NCBI GenBank assembly: GCA_046350735.1
Contig: JAXLZU010000001.1
Coordinates: 384,967 to 448,966 of the forward strand
Direction: 5' to 3'
DNA from: Candidatus Saccharimonadota bacterium
Lineage (GTDB): Bacteria > Patescibacteriota > Saccharimonadia > CAILAD01 > BJGX01
Length of the DNA stretch: 64,000 nt
Under the pieces are notes generated by a model. That model had not been told where the DNA came from. It ran no database searches and saw nothing but the letters and a program-made list of their open reading frames with translations. The position numbers were made by a program, and so were the translations under genes. Below are positions 56,383 through 64,000 of this stretch, one piece after another; the stretch's first letter is position 1, and each line of letters starts with the position of its first letter.

Positions 56383-57534
56383 ATGGATAATCAAACGATC
56401 ACTTGCCCCAAATGCAAAACTAACATCCCTCTATCTGAAGCTATCACACATCAAATAAGTGACTCTATTATAAAAGAAGAACGTGAAAAGCTAATGCAGG
56501 AGGCTGAAGCGGCTAAGCAGGTAGCCTTAGCAGAAGCGAACAAAGCCACTTCTAAGAAATTTGAGCAAGAGCTTAAAAACCAAAAAGAAGAAGTTGAAAT
56601 AGAAAAAGAAGCCAATAAGGAACTGCGTGGACAGCTAAGTGAACTTATGAAGTCGCTACGAACCGAAAAGCAGGCTCGGGAAAATGCAGAACTTGAGGCA
56701 CAAAAGAGATTAGCTGTTGAAGAGAATAAAATACGCGAAGAAGTTGCAAAAAATGCTGATGAAAAGTATCGTCTGAAATTAGCCGAACAAGAAAAGCAAC
56801 TTGCCGATACGAAGAAGGCTTTGGAAGACGCGAAGCGTAAGGCCGAGCAGGGATCTCAGCAGAATCAAGGTGAAGTTTTGGAATTAGACCTGGAGAATCG
56901 TCTGCGTGAAGAGTTTCCGTTTGATCAAATTGAAGAGGTTAAAAAAGGTCAACGAGGAGCCGATTTAAAACAAATTGTTAAAAATCAGAGTCTAGCAGCT
57001 TGCGGGATATTGCTTTGGGAAACTAAAAACGGTAAATGGCAACCAGCATGGGTACCAAAATTCAAACAAGATATTCGTGAAGCAAATGCTAGTATTGGTG
57101 TGATTGTATCGCAAGAAATACCAAGCGAATATAGTGACATGAAACACCTGGAAACAAATGTCTGGGTCGTTAAGCCACGCCTAGCACCTGTGTTAGCAGC
57201 AGCATTGCGTACAACTATTTTACAGGTGGATGCAGCAAACAAGATGAATGCCGGTAAAGACGCCAAAATGGAGGCACTATATCAATTCTTGGTTGGCCCA
57301 GAATTTCGTCATCGTGTTGAAGCAATTGTAGAAAATTACGGTGCGTTACAGTCAGAAATTGAAAAGGAAAAACGTGCCGCTGCTCTTCGCTGGGCTCATC
57401 AAGAAAAGTCTATCCGAGCCGTCATTGATAACACTATCGGCATGTATGGCGATCTCCAAGGCATCACTAATCGCGCTCTACCTACAATAAAAACACTTGA
57501 GTTACCTGAACCTAACGAGAGTGAAGATACATAA
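56383..57534 (+). CDS. DUF2130 coiled-coil protein with nuclease-like domain
   Basis: CPKC, long coiled coil, GSQQNQGEVLE, KGQRGAD, WETK. Confidence 0.85.
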   Translation: MDNQTITCPKCKTNIPLSEAITHQISDSIIKEEREKLMQEAEAAKQVALAEANKATSKKFEQELKNQKEEVEIEKEANKELRGQLSELMKSLRTEKQARENAELEAQKRLAVEENKIREEVAKNADEKYRLKLAEQEKQLADTKKALEDAKRKAEQGSQQNQGEVLELDLENRLREEFPFDQIEEVKKGQRGADLKQIVKNQSLAACGILLWETKNGKWQPAWVPKFKQDIREANASIGVIVSQEIPSEYSDMKHLETNVWVVKPRLAPVLAAALRTTILQVDAANKMNAGKDAKMEALYQFLVGPEFRHRVEAIVENYGALQSEIEKEKRAAALRWAHQEKSIRAVIDNTIGMYGDLQGITNRALPTIKTLELPEPNESEDT

Positions 57535-57555
57535 ACTTGAATCTGATCATAGTTT

Positions 57556-57837
57556 TTATTTAGATCCCTCATCAAGCAGAGAAATAATTTGATATCCGTA
57601 TTTATCTACCTCTTCTTTTGTCCAAAAATCTGAGTCTTTTGTCTTACCGACAAAACCTACTTTACGTTTGAGGGTTCGACCAGTCGGCTGCTTTGTTGTT
57701 GGATCAATTTCATTGAGAACTAGTGTATCACCTGGCTGGCAATCCCAATCAGCCAAGCGAAGCTCATAGGTTTTTTCGCCAGAAAGGATCTTGTCAAAAA
57801 ATTCGGGCAAGATTTTCTTTTCAATTGTTTTACTCAT
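57556..57837 (-). CDS. ASCH/DUF3850 (PUA-like) protein
   Basis: KILPEFFDKILSGEKTYELR...GDTLVLNE. Confidence 0.85.
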   Translation of the reverse strand: MSKTIEKKILPEFFDKILSGEKTYELRLADWDCQPGDTLVLNEIDPTTKQPTGRTLKRKVGFVGKTKDSDFWTKEEVDKYGYQIISLLDEGSK

Positions 57838-58499
57838 ATTATTTTCCCGTCTTTTATCTTTATTGATTCACTGCCAATAGTGTACTGCTTGTCAGTTTCA
57901 ACAACTACGGCAGAGTCATCATGTAAACCATAAATGAGGCCACTATAATTTTTTGCTACATCAAGTAACACCTCTTTCCGGTTATTTGGAAATAAGGGAT
58001 TACCAAGATGGGGCTTAATAGCTAGGTCAACCAAACCGAGATATTGAGATATACCATAATCGTTTGCTTCACCATAAATCTTTTGATAAGCCTCTGTAGA
58101 AACACGGTTGCAAATAACCATTGAGCCTGCACTACTACCAACATATACTTTGTTCTCTAAAAGTTCAGGCAGTAACTTATCAAAGCCCGTCTTTTTGAAA
58201 ACACTCATAAGGTAATCAGTATGGCCACCCACGACGAAAATTACATCGGCATGTTTGATTCGCTTCTTTACTGTATCAAGGTCAAGTGCAAGCAAGTTAA
58301 CCAGCTCCATATTGCCCTTGAAGTTCCTTTTAATGCGGTTTAGGTCATCTAACACCCATCCATGGTCACCGTGCTCTACAGCATATGCCTCATTAATGAC
58401 AGCAAAGTTAATCTTGTTTTGCGGCTTCCCAACAAGCTGCACACACTTTTCAATAATTTCAGGCGTATAAAAGCCGGCTGAAGCTAAAATGAGTTTCAT
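57834..58499 (-). CDS. Peptidase E (S51)-like protein
   Basis: IFVVGG.T, YVGSSAGS nucleophile elbow, IKPH. Confidence 0.85.
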   Translation of the reverse strand: MKLILASAGFYTPEIIEKCVQLVGKPQNKINFAVINEAYAVEHGDHGWVLDDLNRIKRNFKGNMELVNLLALDLDTVKKRIKHADVIFVVGGHTDYLMSVFKKTGFDKLLPELLENKVYVGSSAGSMVICNRVSTEAYQKIYGEANDYGISQYLGLVDLAIKPHLGNPLFPNNRKEVLLDVAKNYSGLIYGLHDDSAVVVETDKQYTIGSESIKIKDGKII

Positions 58500-58501
58500 A
58501 G

Positions 58502-58885
58502 CTATAAGTTCTCGTCGATAAACTTCTTGAGGGCGTCCATATCTTCTTTGGTATGATCATAAAAATACGTCTTGATATCAGCCGATTCTGCACTTTTCAC
58601 TGCATCTTGGTTGTGTTCAAAGTAGATAGCATCTTTGGCGTTGAGGTTATAGTGTTTGAGTAACGTGTGAAAGTAAGCTGGGTCAGTCTTTTCAGGGTCA
58701 TGTTTGAGAGTAAATACTTCGTAAGGCACCTGATCGAGTTTGAACTCTTTAAACTGCTCGTCATTTGCTCCAGTCAGAACGATCTTCTTGTTTGGATAGG
58801 TTTCGAGAAGCTTGTACATACTCTCAAGAATACTACCGTCTTCCAGTACTAAGCCATTAATTGCGTCTACAAGTATTGTTTTCAT
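58502..58885 (-). CDS. Degenerate HAD-fold protein
   Basis: KTILVDA, LTGAN, PEKTDP.YF, IYFEH. Confidence 0.65.
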   Translation of the reverse strand: MKTILVDAINGLVLEDGSILESMYKLLETYPNKKIVLTGANDEQFKEFKLDQVPYEVFTLKHDPEKTDPAYFHTLLKHYNLNAKDAIYFEHNQDAVKSAESADIKTYFYDHTKEDMDALKKFIDENL

Positions 58886-59256
58886 TTTGTAGCTACCACA
58901 CTTATTTCAATGCTCGCACCAAGTGGCAAGGCTTGTACGCAGACAGCTTCACGAACTGGAAAGGGTTCTTTGAAATAGTTAGAGTAAGCTTCGTTAAGTT
59001 CGGGCATTTGTGCCATGTCAGTGACGTAGATAACTACTTTCACTATGTCGTCTAGAGCTGTATTAGTAACCTTAAGAATCGCCAAAATATTAGACATTAT
59101 CTGGTCTACTTTTTCTTTTACTGATCCTTCAACTACAGAACCATCTGGTTTGTTATGGATTTGTCCGGATACATATACTGTGCTATTACTCACAATACCT
59201 TGTGAAAGGATATGATCGGCTTTTGGCGCATTATTGGTACTAACTTTCTCTTTCAT
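58882..59256 (-). CDS. RidA/YjgF family protein
   Basis: YVSGQI, IVKVVIY, FPVREAV, LPLGASIEI. Confidence 0.9.
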   Translation of the reverse strand: MKEKVSTNNAPKADHILSQGIVSNSTVYVSGQIHNKPDGSVVEGSVKEKVDQIMSNILAILKVTNTALDDIVKVVIYVTDMAQMPELNEAYSNYFKEPFPVREAVCVQALPLGASIEISVVATK

Positions 59257-59278
59257 TTTACAATCTCCTATGGTTTAA

Positions 59279-59686
59279 CTACTTCTTAATTACCGCTGTT
59301 ACTTCAATTTCAATCTTTGCACCATCTCTGGTCATTCTGTTGGCTTCTATCAGTGTGCTTACTGGCATTGCTTTTTTGAAGTACTCGCCTCTAATTTTTG
59401 AAATCTTATCAAAGTCATTCATATCGGTAATATAAATGACTGCCTTTACGACATTGTCTATAGTGGCATCTGCTTGCTGTAGTATCTTTGTAATGTCTTC
59501 AAATACTAGTTTTGTTTGTTCCTCTATATCATCAGTTACTACTCTATGGTTATCGTCTTTAGGTGCTTGAACACCTGATACAAAGATAAGGTAATAGTCA
59601 CCTAGATCTATTTTCTTGGCTGGAGTGTAGCTGCCTCTTGTTTTGTAGTCTTCAGGGATTATGTCTTTGATGAAATCTTTACTCAT
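59279..59686 (-). CDS. Rid/YjgF family protein (lacks the catalytic Arg)
   Basis: FVSGV, DIEEQT, VVK..IY..DM, PVSTLIE, IEIEVTA. Confidence 0.88.
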   Translation of the reverse strand: MSKDFIKDIIPEDYKTRGSYTPAKKIDLGDYYLIFVSGVQAPKDDNHRVVTDDIEEQTKLVFEDITKILQQADATIDNVVKAVIYITDMNDFDKISKIRGEYFKKAMPVSTLIEANRMTRDGAKIEIEVTAVIKK

Positions 59687-59754
59687 TGCTTGTAATTATA
59701 TCTTAAAGTGTATGCTAAAAACACCTTGCCCAGTCTTTTTCAGGTGCTTTAGAC

Positions 59755-62370
59755 CTATGTCCCGACCACACTTCCTGAATCAGCTTCTTTTGCGTCCTTT
59801 GACTGTTTAGCTGCCGATTGATCTGTTTTGGACTTATCTGACCCAAATAACTTATCCATATATCTCTCGACGGATGCTTTTGGTGTACCATAATGCTTTC
59901 GGCTATAAGCCAGTACAGATTTCATTGTATTATTTGAGCCTTCTTCGGTGAGTGGTACCGTTTGCCCGGAAAACGCATCCTCACTGACATCACCAGTGAC
60001 CTTCATATAGAAATGGTACGGAGCTAGATTTATAATGTCACCTTTATCAACTTCTGGCTTCATATACGGTAGAATAAATGTCTCATCTTCCGGACTCGCT
60101 TTAAGGCAAACCAAGGTGGCGGCATTACCAACCATTACTTTTAAGATACTTTGGTCGGCAATTTGGGCAATATTTTGATGCGAGACAACCAGAGAGACCC
60201 GAAACTTGCGACCCTCAGACGTGATGTCAGCAAACTGCGGGGTGGCGAAGTTCTGGAACTCGTCAATGTAGACGAAGAAATCCTGTCGTTGTTTCTCAGG
60301 TATCTTGGTGCGCTGGTAAGCCGCCATCCAAATAAATGAGGTTAAGATAGTACCAAAGAAGAAGCTTTGGTCTTCACCGATATCGCCCTTGGAAAGATTA
60401 ACTAACAAAATCTTACCTTCATTCATAATATCGGCAATACGTAGCGTGCTAGTTTCTTGCAGCAGAATATGTCGAGACATCTTGGTGGTAATAAAGTGCC
60501 CTAAACGGTGTGTTAGTGGTGCTGTCACATTAGATAGTTGCATCGTTCCAAGCAACTTAAATTCTTTATCCCAGAATTGTTTTAGCACAGGGTCTTTCAA
60601 CGTAGTGGCTATCTGTTTCTGATATTTCTTGTCAGTTAGGAGCCGTTGGAGGGTATAAAGACTAGGGTTCGGGGTCTGTAAGGCAGTCATTGTGGCACTA
60701 CGGAGGATATGCTCCATCCGTGGCCCCCATTGATGCTCGTCGGCTAACTTGGCAAAGACTGATAAGACCGAGCTGGTGATCCATTCATACTTATCGTCTT
60801 CAGTAGTAAATTCAATACCCGGGTCGAGCATATTTAGACCTAGTGGAAACTCACGGTCGGACGGGTCAAATACAATCACATCTTTCTGGCGGTGTTCGGG
60901 CACCAAACTCAACAGTTCCTGAAACATGTCGCCGTGCGGATCGAGGACAGCCAAGCCTTTGCCGTTAACCATGTCTTGGTAGATAGAGTTAGCTAGTAAG
61001 GTGGTCTTACCTGTACCGGTTTTCCCAATAATGTATGTGTGCTTCTGGCGTTGCTTGAGCGTAAGGCCAATTGGAGTCACGCTGCCGTGATGGTCGTTTT
61101 CGCCGATCAAGACATCAAGCTTTGTTCCGTTCTTGAGCGATACGGGTGCAGGAAGCGTTTTACTCAGCGATCGTATCAAGTTTTCTGTCTTGGCGCTGGT
61201 GGTATTGGGAAAATGGTAGAGGCTAGCAACTTCCGAAGCAGCTAGAATTGATGAACTACTGCCGAAAATTGACGGTAAACGGTTAGTAAACACATTCTGT
61301 CGATACATCTGGGTTACTCCGAAGTGCATTCTTTTAGCCTTCAAGCTTTGGTATTTTGGTACAGCAAACAAACTTAAAGCTGCCTCAACACTCTTGCGAC
61401 GCTTTTTTAACTCTTGTTTGTCATTGCAGGCTAGCAATATTCGTATTTCGCTGCGAAAGAGCGGTTGGCCGAGCTTATGGTGAATAGATTCTACCAATTC
61501 ATGTTCGTAAACCGTGAGAGTACGCGCTGGTTTAATACGCCGAGCCACTTGCTGCTTAAATTCCAGGTGTCTATGCGCCGCCGGGAACTGGCTCCTTGTT
61601 GGTTCATGAAAGGCTCCAGAAACCATATCAACAAGACCAAACAGAATGGAGTTAATACCAGTTGTCAAAACGGGCACCAATGATGAACGCTGGTTAAGAT
61701 CTCGAAGTAAATCTTCGTTAGTAAGGATCTTTTCCCGCAGTGCCTCAGCCTCCCGATTACGCACTGGCGTCATTACTAACTGAAACGACATCAGCTCGTT
61801 ATCGGCAAGCTTAGTCATAGCTGTGGTTAAGTAGCTAATCGGGTCATGGCTTTCTAATGTTTCGTAGCTCTGCAAAGGAAAAGCAAAGTGTTTGCTTTTT
61901 TTGAATGGTATAACACGTCGGTATTTTGTAGTTGGCGCTGTCTGTAAATAGTCAGGAATGACTTTTACCTTTATGTCAGATAAATAGGCTACTAGAGCTT
62001 GTTGCAAAGCCTCAGCCTTGTCAGCAACTACCTGTACCATAAAACGTATACCATCTTTCCGTGTCGAAACTATCTCCATGGAAAATACTTCTTTACGCCC
62101 AAGCAGCCGCTCATACCAGTGTTGTGACATACCCAAGCCATGCAATGCAGTAAATAACCTGCTCGTTGCTTCTGGAACTCGATCAGTTCGAGATGATGGT
62201 GTCAGCTCTAAATAAACCACCTCAGTCCGAAGAAGTCGAATAACAGTGTATAAATGAATCATAAGCCAGATCACCAATACTAGTACGATACCCACACCAA
62301 AAACTACGGCCAATCGTGGCAGTACTGAACTCAGCGTATGTAACCAGTAGGTAGTGGTACCAGCTTGCAT
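59755..62370 (-). CDS. VirD4/TraD-like type IV coupling ATPase
   Basis: N-terminal TM, HTYIIGKTGTGKT, LDPHGD, YIDEFQNF, EGRKF, HQ. Confidence 0.88.
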   Translation of the reverse strand: MQAGTTTYWLHTLSSVLPRLAVVFGVGIVLVLVIWLMIHLYTVIRLLRTEVVYLELTPSSRTDRVPEATSRLFTALHGLGMSQHWYERLLGRKEVFSMEIVSTRKDGIRFMVQVVADKAEALQQALVAYLSDIKVKVIPDYLQTAPTTKYRRVIPFKKSKHFAFPLQSYETLESHDPISYLTTAMTKLADNELMSFQLVMTPVRNREAEALREKILTNEDLLRDLNQRSSLVPVLTTGINSILFGLVDMVSGAFHEPTRSQFPAAHRHLEFKQQVARRIKPARTLTVYEHELVESIHHKLGQPLFRSEIRILLACNDKQELKKRRKSVEAALSLFAVPKYQSLKAKRMHFGVTQMYRQNVFTNRLPSIFGSSSSILAASEVASLYHFPNTTSAKTENLIRSLSKTLPAPVSLKNGTKLDVLIGENDHHGSVTPIGLTLKQRQKHTYIIGKTGTGKTTLLANSIYQDMVNGKGLAVLDPHGDMFQELLSLVPEHRQKDVIVFDPSDREFPLGLNMLDPGIEFTTEDDKYEWITSSVLSVFAKLADEHQWGPRMEHILRSATMTALQTPNPSLYTLQRLLTDKKYQKQIATTLKDPVLKQFWDKEFKLLGTMQLSNVTAPLTHRLGHFITTKMSRHILLQETSTLRIADIMNEGKILLVNLSKGDIGEDQSFFFGTILTSFIWMAAYQRTKIPEKQRQDFFVYIDEFQNFATPQFADITSEGRKFRVSLVVSHQNIAQIADQSILKVMVGNAATLVCLKASPEDETFILPYMKPEVDKGDIINLAPYHFYMKVTGDVSEDAFSGQTVPLTEEGSNNTMKSVLAYSRKHYGTPKASVERYMDKLFGSDKSKTDQSAAKQSKDAKEADSGSVVGT

Positions 62371-62378
62371 AATCCTCC

Positions 62379-62864
62379 TTAGTGGATAAAGTTAAAGTTT
62401 TGCGCGGCTGCTGCCGACAAGGTACGTGTATCGAGTTGGTCAAACCCAACAACATTCATCTCAGATATTGTCCAATTACCAGCCGTGTCAACACTTTCTA
62501 CAAAGGCCACATGCCCAAGCTCGCCGGCAGAGGTTTGCATAATTGAATCCATAGCCGGGATATGGTCAACAAGATAGCCATCAAGTTGAGCTCGTTCTGC
62601 CCAAGTGTTAGCGTTGCCCCAGGTACTTGGAATGGGCTGGCCAATTTGGATACGCCGTAGTGCTGCCCAATAGGTGCAGTTGCCGTACGCATAGGCATCA
62701 CGGGTGTCGATTGGACCAGTATAGAGTGGATGGGTATCAATGACACCAAGATCAGAAACTGCGGCTAATACCACAATCGGCATGGAAAACAGAACTAGGA
62801 TCACAGTTAAGACAATAATTAACTCGAGCTTAGATTTTTTTAGAAGTAACCCAGCAAGCATCAT
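62379..62864 (-). CDS. CHAP-domain amidase/peptidoglycan hydrolase
   Basis: YAYGNCTYWA, WGNANTW, GHVAFVE, ISEMN; N-terminal TM. Confidence 0.9.
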   Translation of the reverse strand: MMLAGLLLKKSKLELIIVLTVILVLFSMPIVVLAAVSDLGVIDTHPLYTGPIDTRDAYAYGNCTYWAALRRIQIGQPIPSTWGNANTWAERAQLDGYLVDHIPAMDSIMQTSAGELGHVAFVESVDTAGNWTISEMNVVGFDQLDTRTLSAAAAQNFNFIH

Positions 62865-64000
62865 AAGTGATACAGCTCCGCTGGATTAGTAGTAATGAGC
62901 GGATGTTCTTTATCTGAAGCTACCACTTTAACCGCTACATGGTGCTGGTCGGCAATAATCAGGGCTTCACCTTTATCACAGGTGAGCAAGAAATTTTCTT
63001 CATATTCACTTAAGTGAAATTCCGAGACCACGTTTTTGATGGTGGTAGTATCTTGGCGCATCAAGATGCGCAATGAACTTTGTGAGGCTATCGCTCGACC
63101 GTAGTCGTTCTTTAAAAAGTCATTGGCTTGTTGGGAGATGATTGATACGCCCAAGTAGTATTTACGAGCTCGACGGACTAAGCCGGATACAAACCGTGCA
63201 CTTTCCTCGTGTTCTAGGAGTAACCACCCTTCATCAATAACCAATAAACGTTTTTCTGGCTTGGCTTTCACTTGGTTAGCAACAAAGTTCGAAATGATCA
63301 TCATCATGATCTGACGTAGAGATTCCGGCAAATCCTTAATATCAAAGATAACTAAACGATTCTCAAGTTTAATATTGGTTTGGGCATTGAAGACGTCGGC
63401 TAACGAACCGCTAATATACTTCTCCAGGCGATCGCAGAGTTTTAGTTGCCCGAGAGTATGCAGTTCTTTATATAGGTCTTCAAGCAGTGGTGTTTTCTTC
63501 TTGGCAGTCTTATAGATTTTGAGGATTGCTTTATCTACGGCTGCTTTCTCCCTCGGGCTTAGACTCTCAGCCATTAAGGAAACGACTTCGATTAAATCTT
63601 GAGTGTGCTCAGACAAATCTTTTCGAGTGTGATAGGTCGCACTCAGATCAAACGGGTTAATTTTCTCTTTAGACTTAGCCGATAACTTGATATAGGTACC
63701 ATCAACTGATTCACTAAGGCGTTTATATTCACGTTCTGGATCAATAACAATAACTTTTGTGCCTTGCATCAACTGACGTAGTATCTCCACTTTGGTAGCG
63801 TAGCTTTTTCCAGAGCCTGACTGCGCAAAGACGATGCTGTTAGCGTTATTGAGCCCAAAGCGATCTAATATAACTAGGGAGTTATTGGATTTGTTCACGC
63901 CATAGAGGATCCCGGACTCTTGTACAAGTTCAGAGCTCATGAACGGAAACGTAAGCGCCGTCGAGGAACTATCTAAGTTACGTTTCTGGCTTAGGACATC
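62861..64000 (-). CDS. VirB4-like ATPase (5' part beyond window)
   Basis: AQSGSGKS, IDPEREY, IDEGW, RARKY; frame stays open to the window end (DVLSQKRNLDSSSTALTFPF). Confidence 0.9.
   Translation of the reverse strand, partial: DVLSQKRNLDSSSTALTFPFMSSELVQESGILYGVNKSNNSLVILDRFGLNNANSIVFAQSGSGKSYATKVEILRQLMQGTKVIVIDPEREYKRLSESVDGTYIKLSAKSKEKINPFDLSATYHTRKDLSEHTQDLIEVVSLMAESLSPREKAAVDKAILKIYKTAKKKTPLLEDLYKELHTLGQLKLCDRLEKYISGSLADVFNAQTNIKLENRLVIFDIKDLPESLRQIMMMIISNFVANQVKAKPEKRLLVIDEGWLLLEHEESARFVSGLVRRARKYYLGVSIISQQANDFLKNDYGRAIASQSSLRILMRQDTTTIKNVVSEFHLSEYEENFLLTCDKGEALIIADQHHVAVKVVASDKEHPLITTNPAELYHL

Larger units (their letters stand above)
45535..64000. mobile_element. Putative integrative conjugative element at tRNA-Gln (right end beyond window)
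   Basis: Serine recombinase abutting the tRNA 3' end, relaxase, R-M system, VirD4-like, CHAP and VirB4-like genes, and no core genes. Confidence 0.8.

Noticed and set aside
45606-64000. Prophage
   Set aside because: No capsid, terminase, portal or tail genes; the CHAP gene sits between VirB4-like and VirD4-like genes

Overview
AT-rich chromosomal segment of a reduced-genome bacterium, most likely Patescibacteria/CPR and Saccharimonadia-like. This placement is inferred from the K/A/E-rich N-terminal extension of L1, zinc-finger-less DnaX/HolB and CPR-type ThyA. Positions 1-45.5 kb are core genome: five tRNAs, secE-nusG-rplK-rplA, rplJ-rplL, dnaX-dnaB, ybaB-recR and cysS. Several accessory blocks interrupt it: a ferric-reductase/cytochrome b5 pair; an ABC + ECF sigma module; an apparently complete C50-type carotenoid cluster (crtI-crtE-crtB, with divergent crtYe-crtYf and a crtEb::GT2 fusion); a 6.4 kb nucleotide/folate block between rplA and rplJ; a GtrA/GT2/GT-C glycosylation cluster; and a compact minus-strand operon of four translationally coupled membrane micropeptides plus a mini zinc-finger protein that the ORF track largely misses. 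From the 3' end of tRNA-Gln (45.5 kb) to the window end lies a putative integrative conjugative element. It carries a large serine recombinase, a Replic_Relax relaxase, small-enzyme cargo, an Eco47II/Sau96I-like type II R-M system, and VirD4-like, CHAP and VirB4-like genes. No CRISPR array or rRNA was seen. All calls come from reading motifs by eye; no searches were run.
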